In this document: positions 28,860 to 37,274 of the stretch, piece after piece | How positions within the stretch are numbered: position 1 is the first letter of the stretch | How the letters are laid out: each line of letters begins with the position of its first letter | Notes under the pieces: model-generated | Databases searched by the model: none | What the model saw: the letters and a program-made list of their open reading frames with translations, nothing else | What the model was told of the DNA's origin: nothing | Origin: a virus | Strand: one strand, 5' to 3' | Virus record (IMG/VR): IMGVR_UViG_3300030098_002339 | Span: 1 to 64,000 of that record | Length of the DNA: 64,000 nt | Made by a program: the position numbers and the translations under genes

Positions 28860-29651
28860 TCATTTCCATGCTTCCATCCAGACCTTTCTTGCGAATTGCT
28901 CAGCACCTGGAGTATATCTCCATCTCCAGTTGTCGAATGTCAAAGGGAACATTCGCACAACGTCTTCTTTGGATCTAGCAATAGTCAATATATGTTCTAT
29001 TACTTTGAATGCTTCTATCATTTGTTCAAGATATCCCACTCGATCACCTAGATCTGTAGTGTAGTTATCCCAAGGACTAGCATATAACAATAATGCATCC
29101 TTTTTAAACAACTCACGATAGAGAAATTGTTGTCTTAAATGTTCAGGTTTAGGGTGATAATTATGATTAATTTTACCCTTCCTACCAGCTTTTCTATCAG
29201 CAGCTGTAGGAGCATATCTCCATACTTTAGCAGTAGCTTTAGTATCTACAATATAATCTTTAAATTCAAAGTCTAATTTAGCAATTATAGGTATTTCAAG
29301 ACCTGGATACTTACCTTTCCATTCTTTTTGATAGCTTACAATATTACCATATTGTTTCAGTTCTTTTACGAATGCATTAGCTATCTGACCAGACCACTCA
29401 TACTCATCTTCATGAGATTCACCTTGATGGTCTTTTATGTATTTTTCTTTTGAGACATTTATGATATCATCTTCGTTAGTGATTTGACTCACTAATGCAT
29501 GATGAGCTGCCTCTTCAGCAGCATGACCCATTTTCATTCTTGCATTCTCTTCAGTTTCGAATCCAAATAATTTATCTATGATCCACATTTGCGGACAATC
29601 AATAAATGTATTACCTGCGGAAGCTGAATGATGTTCTATTACTTTCAACAT
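28860..29651 (-). CDS. PD-(D/E)XK exonuclease (RecB/Cas4-like)
   Basis: S.S....F..CP, G...E, LD...IVDTK, Q..LY motifs. Confidence 0.8.
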   Translation of the reverse strand: MLKVIEHHSASAGNTFIDCPQMWIIDKLFGFETEENARMKMGHAAEEAAHHALVSQITNEDDIINVSKEKYIKDHQGESHEDEYEWSGQIANAFVKELKQYGNIVSYQKEWKGKYPGLEIPIIAKLDFEFKDYIVDTKATAKVWRYAPTAADRKAGRKGKINHNYHPKPEHLRQQFLYRELFKKDALLLYASPWDNYTTDLGDRVGYLEQMIEAFKVIEHILTIARSKEDVVRMFPLTFDNWRWRYTPGAEQFARKVWMEAWK

Positions 29652-29666
29652 AATTTACTCCTTTCT

Positions 29667-29966
29667 ATGATTATTAATATTCAAAAGTACTTAAGTTGTA
29701 CTTATAACATATCCCTTGATACCCTCAAGGGAAAAAAGATTATAAGATCTAGAGATGAATACAAAATATACAATCTCTCTATCTTATTATCTTGGCTATT
29801 AAACCCTACCAAAAGGTATGGGGTTAAGAGCCTTATTGCACGATTTCATGGTTGTAAACATAAAAATCGAGTCTATAGACTATCTAAACTATATAAGTCT
29901 AATTCACGTTTTAAAAATTTTGTAGACACTAACTTAACAAAATATGAAAAAACTAGAAAAACCTGA
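29667..29966 (+). CDS. DnaA domain IV-like HTH protein
   Basis: I..IQ.Y....YNI....L..K..R...L..L......IA.FHG..H..V pattern. Confidence 0.5.
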   Translation: MIINIQKYLSCTYNISLDTLKGKKIIRSRDEYKIYNLSILLSWLLNPTKRYGVKSLIARFHGCKHKNRVYRLSKLYKSNSRFKNFVDTNLTKYEKTRKT

Positions 29967-30429
29967 GCTTGTACAAACAATAATAGATAAGAAAAAAGTA
30001 TGGTTAAACATACGTGAATCTCGTCTATTATATATGTTTCATCGTAGGTTAGTATCCTGGGAAGAATACGAAGCAGGATCTAGGTATCGTTTCATGTGTG
30101 AATTACAAGCAGGAAATTCTGGAAATACTTTAAAAGAAAGATTAGATGGCTGTACAACTGATTTCATTCCACTTCAAATAGGTGCAGCATTAGCCGTTAA
30201 AGAAGTAGATGAAGAAATAGGCGAACACCTTGCCAAAATTATGAAGTTATTTTGTTGGTTTAATTATGGTATAATTGAAATAGCAGATCGTCTAGAAATA
30301 TCAGAACGTAAAGCATCTAATTATGTACATGAAGGACTAGCAAGATTATCAGTTTATTATGGGTATAAAAAAGTCAGAAATACAATCAAAGGACAAGGAA
30401 CTAAGGTTAAAAGACAAAAAGTATCTTAA
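29944..30429 (+). CDS. sigma-region-4 / late-activator-like HTH protein
   Basis: C-terminal EIA.RL.ISERK.S.YV..GL.RL. Confidence 0.65.
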   Translation: MKKLEKPELVQTIIDKKKVWLNIRESRLLYMFHRRLVSWEEYEAGSRYRFMCELQAGNSGNTLKERLDGCTTDFIPLQIGAALAVKEVDEEIGEHLAKIMKLFCWFNYGIIEIADRLEISERKASNYVHEGLARLSVYYGYKKVRNTIKGQGTKVKRQKVS

Positions 30430-30784
30430 GTGGGTAGCAAGCCAGGCTTGCATACTTTGTCAAGATGTTCCCTGCCAAGCTCACCATATAACCTATGCTC
30501 AGCATAGAGGCTTTAGCCAAAAAGTAGGTGATCAATGGACTATACCTTTATGTTTTTTACATCATGATCAGCTACATAGATGTGGCTTATCTGAACGCAA
30601 TTTCTGGTTAAAAATAGAGATAGACCCACTACATATAGCAGAAACTTTCTATAAACATAACAAAGATATGTGGAAAAACCCTGATTTCTTCTATGATGAC
30701 TCAATGCTTTGGATTATGGTTTATAACAAACTTGTACCTAAGATTAAGAAACACATTGACTTTATCATGCAACCCAAATTATAG
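30359..30784 (+). CDS. DUF968/Ref-like Zn-binding nuclease
   Basis: YL.WV....C..C....AHH...K..D...IPLC..HH..LH. Confidence 0.75.
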   Translation: MGIKKSEIQSKDKELRLKDKKYLKWVASQACILCQDVPCQAHHITYAQHRGFSQKVGDQWTIPLCFLHHDQLHRCGLSERNFWLKIEIDPLHIAETFYKHNKDMWKNPDFFYDDSMLWIMVYNKLVPKIKKHIDFIMQPKL

Positions 30785-30818
30785 AATATAGTATCCTCGC
30801 CAGAGGTATGAAAAAATT

Positions 30819-31100
30819 ATGGCTAAAATATTTAAATTTCCGTTTAAAAAAGCTAGATATTCTGAGAGCTTTCTTAAGAAAGTAGATCCTAATAAAATAG
30901 GAGACTTTATTTCTAAAGAGCATCCAGATCTTTCTATTAGAGCTGCTGATGCTATGGCATTAGCTGTAATTTATTCTACTTATCTATCATTGGTATTTGA
31001 GGAAGAGGGAAAAAAAGTTCCTGTAGATGTTATGAATAAGTTTGAAGATAACGATTATGCAACATTCATCTGGAACAATGACCCAAAGACGCTACACTAA
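30819..31100 (+). CDS. hypothetical protein
   Basis: gagg RBS; K.FKFP start and ..TLH end. Confidence 0.7.
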   Translation: MAKIFKFPFKKARYSESFLKKVDPNKIGDFISKEHPDLSIRAADAMALAVIYSTYLSLVFEEEGKKVPVDVMNKFEDNDYATFIWNNDPKTLH

Positions 31101-31359
31101 AAAAAAAAAGAAACCAGTTACTGAGTTTCCTTATAAACCTATTAAAGATAAATTAACCTGGCATGATGCACAATCTGATACTGGGTGGAAGTCTAAAGAT
31201 AGCATGGACAGATTAAGACCTGCAATCTCTAAGACTAAAGGATGGATCTATGAGGAAACTGATGAGTATATCAAAACATTTGGAACATACTCTATAGATC
31301 CTGAAACCAAAGAAATTGAATTTGGGGAAGTACTTTGTATTCCTAAGAATTGGATTTAA
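31078..31359 (+). CDS. hypothetical protein
   Basis: W.DA.S..GW...T.GW...IP..W pattern; start uncertain. Confidence 0.7.
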   Translation: MTQRRYTKKKKKPVTEFPYKPIKDKLTWHDAQSDTGWKSKDSMDRLRPAISKTKGWIYEETDEYIKTFGTYSIDPETKEIEFGEVLCIPKNWI

Positions 31360-31437
31360 ACGCTTGACCCCAGATCCAATTGGGCGAGATCTCTTTAATG
31401 CTGAAGACCCAATTAGATCAGGGCTCAAGTTTAAATC
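31353..31437. terminator. long imperfect inverted repeat between convergent genes
   Basis: gatttaaac/gtttaaatc, ttga/tcaa, gatc/gatc and aattggg/cccaatt arms. Confidence 0.6.
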
Positions 31438-31739
31438 TGATTAGAATCTTCTGTTCTATTATTATATTGTTCTTCAGGTTTATGAACAGGGTCAGCTTCT
31501 AACGGATTAGTATAAGTTTCTTCAATTGCTTGACCACCCAATTCTATTATTCTTTTCTTTGTAGCATTAATTTCAGCTTTAACATGATCTTTCGCATGTT
31601 CTAATACTTGAGTTAACTTTGGAAAATTCGTAGGATATATTCCATAAATAGTTAAATCATTAATTGCTGTCGCTACTCTTTGAAGTCCTCTTTGACGCTT
31701 TTCTAGTCTGAGTACTTCGCTGTCTGGAGTTATTTCCAT
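31431..31739 (-). CDS. hypothetical early protein
   Basis: aaggag RBS. Confidence 0.7.
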   Translation of the reverse strand: MEITPDSEVLRLEKRQRGLQRVATAINDLTIYGIYPTNFPKLTQVLEHAKDHVKAEINATKKRIIELGGQAIEETYTNPLEADPVHKPEEQYNNRTEDSNQI

Positions 31740-31804
31740 CTTCCATCTCCTTTATTTTACGTTTTAGTTTATCTATTTCTAACTGCTTAGTAGCAACCAT
31801 TGCT

Positions 31805-32032
31805 CTAAGTGCGTTTTCGTTTCCATTGCTCATTTATTTGTCCTTCCATTATGTGATCTAAATATTCATATCGATCTTTATATTCTTTTAACCATTCCTG
31901 AATTATCAATGAATGCTTATCATATAAAAATCCACATGCTATAGCATTACTTAACACAGAAATAGATTCTTTACAATCAGCTAATTCCTCTTTGGTTTTA
32001 GCCATTTCTTCAGCTGGATTAATTGTTATCAT
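31805..32032 (-). CDS. hypothetical early protein
   Basis: aggag RBS before MITINP. Confidence 0.6.
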   Translation of the reverse strand: MITINPAEEMAKTKEELADCKESISVLSNAIACGFLYDKHSLIIQEWLKEYKDRYEYLDHIMEGQINEQWKRKRT

Positions 32033-32135
32033 AATATTATTGCTCCTGTTGCAAATCCAATTGTGAACCATACAATCTCGGTTCTATAATGTAATGACCA
32101 AATATCAAAATCTCTTTTTAGTTTTTCCCATTTAT

Positions 32136-32411
32136 TCATATTTCACCATTCTTTCTTAGTTTATCAACTGTTTTATTAATGATTTCTTTCATCTTATCAT
32201 TTTCTCTTAATAACTGATTATTAAGTACTCTAAGATCACCATTTGTTTGTGCATGAGAATCATTAATGTTCATTAGATCTGATATTCTACGATCTTTATC
32301 CATCAGTTCTATATTATGATTATCTTGTAAAAGACTTATTTGCTTTTTAAGATATTCTATTTCTTTATGAAGATCCTCAAATTCTTTTAAATCTTTCAAT
32401 CCTTCATTCAT
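32136..32411 (-). CDS. coiled-coil hypothetical protein
   Basis: ggagg RBS; ATGA overlap. Confidence 0.7.
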   Translation of the reverse strand: MNEGLKDLKEFEDLHKEIEYLKKQISLLQDNHNIELMDKDRRISDLMNINDSHAQTNGDLRVLNNQLLRENDKMKEIINKTVDKLRKNGEI

Positions 32412-32788
32412 GCAGCCTCCTCTTCAACTTTTTGATAGACACATACTTTACCTGCAATAAAATCGCCTGGTAAACATTGTCTTCCAGTTTTTTCTAACCA
32501 TTTACTCCATGCTTCAGTTATTTTTATATTAACTGTAGGCATATCTTTAAGTTTAGATTCTTCATCCATAAAAAAATCTACATAACCATCTTTTCTATTA
32601 GATAGTTCTGGCATATATCCAGTAGACATTTGTATTATATCAGTTCCTATTTTCTTATACATCAATTTAAAATTAGGTTTCTCATGATGCCAAGTAGTGA
32701 ACTGCTTTCCGTCTTCATGAAATGTTACTAATTTCCATTGAGGACTCTTACGCTCTTTATTCATTTGACTCATTGATTTATTTTTCAT
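32408..32788 (-). CDS. DUF3846-like protein
   Basis: aaggag RBS; DEESKL...P.VN...T......DFIAGKV. Confidence 0.6.
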   Translation of the reverse strand: MKNKSMSQMNKERKSPQWKLVTFHEDGKQFTTWHHEKPNFKLMYKKIGTDIIQMSTGYMPELSNRKDGYVDFFMDEESKLKDMPTVNIKITEAWSKWLEKTGRQCLPGDFIAGKVCVYQKVEEEAA

Positions 32789-32978
32789 TTTTCTCCTTTT
32801 TATAAACATCAAATTCATTATTAATTTTATTAAGAATATAATTCATTGCAATAGTGCCACCTAATACAACTAAAGCTTTTTCTTTATTGTTATATCTATC
32901 TGTAAATTCTTTATATTCATCTTCAGACTTTGGAGTCCAAAAGAAATTATTTAAAGTAAATTTAATATTATTTTTCAT
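32778..32978 (-). CDS. hypothetical early protein
   Basis: aaggag RBS. Confidence 0.65.
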   Translation of the reverse strand: MKNNIKFTLNNFFWTPKSEDEYKEFTDRYNNKEKALVVLGGTIAMNYILNKINNEFDVYKKEKNEK

Positions 32979-33159
32979 TTTTCTCCTTTTCTAGTGTTAA
33001 TCTCTCTCCAGTATATGCTTCAGCTTCCATTAACATTTTTAAAGCTGTCATATAATCTTGAAGAGTAGCTCCTTCTTTTAAAATTTGAACTCTAATTCTA
33101 CCGAGTCCACATTTTATAAATTCCTTACCTGCGTAAGGATCTTTTAGTTCTTCACTCAT
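32968..33159 (-). CDS. hypothetical early protein
   Basis: overlap-coupled within the operon. Confidence 0.6.
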   Translation of the reverse strand: MSEELKDPYAGKEFIKCGLGRIRVQILKEGATLQDYMTALKMLMEAEAYTGERLTLEKEKNEK

Positions 33160-33346
33160 TTTGCATATTCCTTATATTTGGTTGTTCTCCACATTTTACG
33201 AATATTTTCCATTGTTCTCTATCATCAAAACCTGAAAGATTAAATATATCCATTGCATTTTCATAGTTTTCACAGTTAGTAAATAGAAATATATTATGTT
33301 TGATATTATGAAATATATATACACTATTTTCATTATCTTTACTCAT
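33152..33346 (-). CDS. hypothetical early protein
   Basis: aaggag RBS before MSKDNE. Confidence 0.6.
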   Translation of the reverse strand: MSKDNENSVYIFHNIKHNIFLFTNCENYENAMDIFNLSGFDDREQWKIFVKCGEQPNIRNMQNE

Positions 33347-33500
33347 TAGTTTATTCTCCTTTTTATATATTTTGCTACTAACTCGACCCATCTAAACCAT
33401 TCGTTTATATAGTGTCTTCTTTTACCTTGACGTTCTTTCTCTACAACTCTTAAGGCTTTGTCAGTAGCTTTATTTAACACTCTTAATTGTTCATCGTTTT

Positions 33501-33713
33501 TCATTTAAATTTAACTGCTTTCTCTAACTCTTTAACTTTTTCGTTAGTATGTTGCATAATTTTCTTTAAATCTTCTGCAATATTTTCAATTGAAGAAGTA
33601 TTTATACTTGCAAATCTTCTTTGCATCTCTTTATAAGCAGCTAATTCACCATGTTTTCTAGCTTCACTATGTAACTCAGTTACAATTTGTATTTGTTTTT
33701 GTATATCAAACAT
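33501..33713 (-). CDS. hypothetical early protein
   Basis: aagga RBS. Confidence 0.65.
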   Translation of the reverse strand: MFDIQKQIQIVTELHSEARKHGELAAYKEMQRRFASINTSSIENIAEDLKKIMQHTNEKVKELEKAVKFK

Positions 33714-33773
33714 ATTATTCCTTTCAATTTTAGGGCTAAAGCCCTACACTAGATAGGGCTTATGCCAGTTTAT

Positions 33774-34067
33774 TTAAGCAACTTTAGTATTCTTTTCAGA
33801 TTCAGATATCTCTTCAAGTTTCTTCGCAACTTGTTTAGCATCTCTAATCTTATCTAAAGCAGCATTTGTTGCTATGAATACAGTAGCTAACATAGATGTT
33901 TGATTAAACTGTGGTAACTGTTTGTATCTTGGATCTTTACTTACCATTTCATAAGTTTGGAAGTATTGTTCCATAAACCATCTAGTCATTCCACCAGTTT
34001 TTTCAGCCACTCTGTTTTTCTGACTTGGTTTCATACCATTCTGTGTCTTCGACTTTTCCATTAGCAT
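33774..34067 (-). CDS. hypothetical early protein
   Basis: aggag RBS; followed by the hairpin at 33731-33761. Confidence 0.65.
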   Translation of the reverse strand: MLMEKSKTQNGMKPSQKNRVAEKTGGMTRWFMEQYFQTYEMVSKDPRYKQLPQFNQTSMLATVFIATNAALDKIRDAKQVAKKLEEISESEKNTKVA

Positions 34068-34209
34068 CTCCTTTCTTTTTTATTTCAAACGGAAACTCTA
34101 ATTTAGCAGGCATATTCTTTTGAATACATCTACTTAATCCAATTAGAGCCCTAATAGGAAATGTAAATGATGACACAAGTGTATCACCTACTTTTTCTAT
34201 TCTTTTCAT
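34003..34209 (-). CDS. hypothetical early protein
   Basis: aaggag RBS. Confidence 0.55.
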   Translation of the reverse strand: MKRIEKVGDTLVSSFTFPIRALIGLSRCIQKNMPAKLEFPFEIKKKGDANGKVEDTEWYETKSEKQSG

Positions 34210-34390
34210 ATTGCTCCTTTCGTTTACGTAAACGATGAACTTTCTTCATCGTATCTGACCACTCTTGATCAAATTCTTTCGATCCAGGAATTGGATCTAC
34301 GTCAGCCGTGAGCCAATTCCAGGATTTCCTTATCACTACAGCAGAAATGCTATAAGCAATAAATCGAATAAAATTAAAAACTCCATTCAT
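34184..34390 (-). CDS. hypothetical early protein
   Basis: gaggag RBS. Confidence 0.6.
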   Translation of the reverse strand: MNGVFNFIRFIAYSISAVVIRKSWNWLTADVDPIPGSKEFDQEWSDTMKKVHRLRKRKEQYEKNRKSR

Positions 34391-34391
34391 T

Positions 34392-34802
34392 CTACTCCTC
34401 TCTATTCGTCATAACATTATATAACTTTTCAGTTCTTCGTTTATAATATTTATCAGCAGATATTTCAGATTTCTTCCACATCTCTTTAACCTGCTCATAT
34501 TCACGAGGTATAGCTCTATTATTTGGATAATCTCTTTGCATCCACTCATCTAACATCGCATCAGAATCTGCATACATCATAGTTATATCCCATTTCTTCT
34601 CTTCACATATTCTTTGTAAATCTTCAGCATATATCCTATTTACACATTTTTCCATCTTCTGATACTGTTGAAAAGAAACACCAATAATATCACCCATTTC
34701 AGTTTGTGTTAATCTAGACCATATTCGGTGTGCTATCAAATTCTTTGCTAGCCTTTTTGCTATGTCTAAATTTCTTTCGTCTCTCTTCGATCTTTTTGAC
34801 AT
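34392..34802 (-). CDS. XRE-family HTH regulator
   Basis: LTQTEMGDIIGVSFQQYQKMEK..NR. Confidence 0.85.
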   Translation of the reverse strand: MSKRSKRDERNLDIAKRLAKNLIAHRIWSRLTQTEMGDIIGVSFQQYQKMEKCVNRIYAEDLQRICEEKKWDITMMYADSDAMLDEWMQRDYPNNRAIPREYEQVKEMWKKSEISADKYYKRRTEKLYNVMTNREE

Positions 34803-35103
34803 TGTCTATCTCCTTTCCATATAATTGTTTTAAGACAAGTAACTCTCGCTTGTCGGAGGTACTTGGCTTAGTCACTACTCTTACCGATGGCTTCCCATCA
34901 CGCATTATCTTAACCAATTGTATCCATCCCTTCTTCGGATATAATATTTCAAGATAAATAAATCTAATGAGATATCTCTTCCACCATGTAATATGTTCTA
35001 TTTGAATAGAACCTGTAAATGGCTGATGATACATCACTCTTATCACTCTACTTAAATTGATAGGTCTCTCTTTAAATCTATTCTTTAATATCACTCTATA
35101 CAT
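34714..35103 (-). CDS. hypothetical basic protein
   Basis: aagga RBS. Confidence 0.55.
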   Translation of the reverse strand: MYRVILKNRFKERPINLSRVIRVMYHQPFTGSIQIEHITWWKRYLIRFIYLEILYPKKGWIQLVKIMRDGKPSVRVVTKPSTSDKRELLVLKQLYGKEIDNVKKIEERRKKFRHSKKASKEFDSTPNMV

Positions 35104-35135
35104 ACACTCTATCCTTTCTTCCGAATTTTTTTAGT

Positions 35136-35219
35136 GGACTGTCTAACATACAGCTTCCAGTATTTCAGCTTTAGACCTTTTTCAAGGTTTGGATTTTACG
35201 CTTCTGTGACCGACAGTCC
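35136..35219 (-). ncRNA. candidate structured RNA element
   Basis: 8-bp closing stem ggactgtc/gacagtcc; internal accuu-GAAA-aaggu hairpin on the minus strand; intergenic. Confidence 0.35.
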
Positions 35220-35308
35220 TAAGATACTCTACATAGTTGCGCTAATTGGGAGTTATTTTTTTACCACACTTCTTCTATGCTTGAGTCATCTATTCTTTCA
35301 AAATTTTT

Positions 35309-35346
35309 AAGGACTACGCCTAGAGGGAGGTCGAGACGCAGTCCTT
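35309..35346 (-). other. 13-bp hairpin with CCUCCC loop
   Basis: aaggactgcgtct-cgacctccctct-aggcgtagtcctt; two G-U pairs favour the minus strand. Confidence 0.65.
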
Positions 35347-35354
35347 GATTGACA

Positions 35355-35540
35355 TTATTTAGTCAATTTTGCTAGTATTTTCTCAAGCATTTCATCTTGC
35401 TTGTCCAATCTAGTCTTCAATACTTTAGGTATGAAGATACCATTCTGTATCTTTTGAACATAACTCATACCATTATTAATAGCTGATTTACTTACATCTT
35501 TAGCAGTATCAACTACTGATTGTTTATTTGACATATTCAC
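35355..35540 (-). CDS. hypothetical early protein
   Basis: aaagg RBS region; followed by hairpin. Confidence 0.55.
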   Translation of the reverse strand: MNMSNKQSVVDTAKDVSKSAINNGMSYVQKIQNGIFIPKVLKTRLDKQDEMLEKILAKLTK

Positions 35541-35585
35541 CTTTCTGTTAATATTATTTACGCTAGTAACAATAATATTAACTAT

Positions 35586-35753
35586 TTATTTAAATGAGTC
35601 TATATGTGCTTTGGCTAAACTTAAACCAAATAACAATAAACCACCTACTGCGAGTATTATACCTAATTTCGTGTGTTCAGGAGCATTAATCATAATTATA
35701 ATACCCATTACATTCATACATAGATATATTACCCATTGAACTACATAAGCCAT
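35586..35753 (-). CDS. small two-TM protein
   Basis: gaggtg RBS before MAYVVQW; two hydrophobic helices. Confidence 0.55.
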   Translation of the reverse strand: MAYVVQWVIYLCMNVMGIIIMINAPEHTKLGIILAVGGLLLFGLSLAKAHIDSFK

Positions 35754-35888
35754 TACTTCACCTCTGGAATGATTTGATTTAACATTCTTTTTGCGGTGAA
35801 ATAGCCTACTAAAGTACCACCTATTAGCATTGTCATATATATAGCTAATAAGAATAACACAATAGTATACAATACTTCTATACCAGTC

Positions 35889-35918
35889 ATTATATCCTTT
35901 CCGAGCCTTCGACAACAA
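35889..35918 (-). promoter_or_regulatory. possible early sigma70 promoter
   Basis: minus strand TTGTTG-18nt-TATAAT at the head of the minus-strand block. Confidence 0.35.
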
Positions 35919-35939
35919 CCCGTTGAATAGGCTCATTTA

Positions 35940-36235
35940 CTGTGTGTTTCATATCACTAGCAATCAAGTTAGCTAATGATATCAATGGTTATAGAGCGAT
36001 TCGGTAATCAGTTAATCAATGATGTTTCGGTCAGAGTTAACTCATCACCAAACCGCAATTAATAACAACAATTATTTTATCGCTGTCGCTAGCGACTTAG
36101 CGATGAAATAATCAACAATAACAAAGACAATCGCAACAGCGATTGACATTGACGGGTTTGTAATCGACCCTCGCAAGATATCGATTTGTAATCGATTCTT
36201 GTATAGGGGGGTTTGTTATAGCATAGACCCACAAT
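35940..36235. other. palindrome-rich divergent intergenic region (candidate origin / packaging / terminus region)
   Basis: several stacked inverted repeats, ATCA cluster, tttgtaatcga twice. Confidence 0.5.
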
Positions 36236-36256
36236 AGCAATGATAAGGAGAAATAG

Positions 36257-36511
36257 ATGGCAGCACCATTAATAAAACTAGGAGGAGCAGCAGCATTTAG
36301 AATGCTTAGAACACTTTACAAAAGTGGTAAGTCGGCTAAAAAAGCGGCTGTTTCTGCGACTGCAAAAGTCTCGAACCCGACAGTCCGAAAAGGACTAGAA
36401 GGTGCTGGGAAAAAAGCAGCTAAAGCTGGAGCTCACCTAAGAAAACACCACAAAGCATACGGATACGGTGTTACAGGTGCAGCAGCTTGGGATATTATCG
36501 ATAAAGACTAA
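36257..36511 (+). CDS. basic Ala/Lys-rich small protein
   Basis: aaggag RBS; first gene of the plus-strand late block. Confidence 0.75.
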   Translation: MAAPLIKLGGAAAFRMLRTLYKSGKSAKKAAVSATAKVSNPTVRKGLEGAGKKAAKAGAHLRKHHKAYGYGVTGAAAWDIIDKD

Positions 36512-36645
36512 TGAGTAAAAAGCTCCCAAAATGGGGCGTTAATACTTACGTCAGATCGACAAAGAAAAAACGACCAGGACGACATGCGAAATCCTACTCG
36601 AAGAGGATTCCAAAACGTTCCAAATACAGAGGACAAGGAAAATAA
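36511..36645 (+). CDS. 44-aa basic peptide ending YRGQGK (not in ORF track)
   Basis: MSKKLPKWGVNTYVRSTKKKRPGRHAKSYSKRIPKRSKYRGQGK; TAATG coupling. Confidence 0.75.
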   Translation: MSKKLPKWGVNTYVRSTKKKRPGRHAKSYSKRIPKRSKYRGQGK

Positions 36646-37116
36646 ATGGCAACAACAATAACAGCATCAACATTAACAGTAACGTTAACAGAAGCTATTT
36701 CGTTAAACGGATACGACCAGGGATCATCGAATACCCTGTCGATTTCCAGTATTAACGAGGTTCATAAGCGAATACTTACAGTTCCTACTTCAGAAATAGA
36801 AGTAGTAGCGATGAGTACCGCTAATAGCTCAGGTACGTTTATCGAAGGAGACGTAAGATATATGAGATTTACGAATCTGGACGATACGAACCATGTGACG
36901 CTAACGTTCAAAAACGAAAACGATGACGAGTTCGCAATTAAACTAGACAAAGGACAATCCTTTATCTACAATGGCGACATGTCTGGAGGAGTCGTAGATA
37001 CAATGGATGGCATAGACGGAACAGGATTAACAGTATCCCTAGGGGATTTAGTTAATGTAACTGCTTTAGCAGATACTGCCGCTTGCGATTTAGAAGTATT
37101 TGTGGCTTGTGTATAA
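36646..37116 (+). CDS. beta-rich acidic putative virion protein
   Basis: aagga RBS; Y.RFTNLDD.N motif. Confidence 0.75.
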   Translation: MATTITASTLTVTLTEAISLNGYDQGSSNTLSISSINEVHKRILTVPTSEIEVVAMSTANSSGTFIEGDVRYMRFTNLDDTNHVTLTFKNENDDEFAIKLDKGQSFIYNGDMSGGVVDTMDGIDGTGLTVSLGDLVNVTALADTAACDLEVFVACV

Positions 37117-37274
37117 TGAAAGCAATAAGAAGTTTACATAGCATACCAGGATGGTTTAAGAAAACGAGAACAAAAGTCGCTAAACAGCAGGCTGCGTTCC
37201 AAAAAGACCTTAAAGATCCAGGGTTTAGAAAAACAGCTAAAATAGGTAAATACAGAAAGATGTTCCATGGCTAG
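37116..37274 (+). CDS. basic small protein
   Basis: TAATG-coupled MKAIRSL... Confidence 0.6.
   Translation: MKAIRSLHSIPGWFKKTRTKVAKQQAAFQKDLKDPGFRKTAKIGKYRKMFHG

Noticed and set aside
29579-29587. TGATCCACA, a DnaA-box-like 9-mer near the DnaA-IV-like gene
   Set aside because: A single copy inside a coding sequence; plausible by chance in 64 kb.
28860-29651. Cas4-like nuclease as evidence of CRISPR-Cas
   Set aside because: A solitary phage recombination-type nuclease next to SSB; no other cas genes or array.
31099-31109. A11 tract as a programmed frameshift or phase-variation site
   Set aside because: It encodes poly-Lys in an intact frame and overlaps a stop codon; nothing else supports slippage.
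35136-35219. tRNA or hammerhead ribozyme call
   Set aside because: No GTTCRA T-loop or cloverleaf and no CUGAUGA/GAAA core; kept only as an unnamed structure.
35754-35936. N-terminal half of the 116-aa ORF 35586..35936
   Set aside because: A better RBS precedes the internal ATG at 35753, and the upstream part overlaps a probable promoter.
36143-36177. TTGACA / TTGACG as the -35 of a late promoter
   Set aside because: No -10-like hexamer at 16-18 nt spacing.
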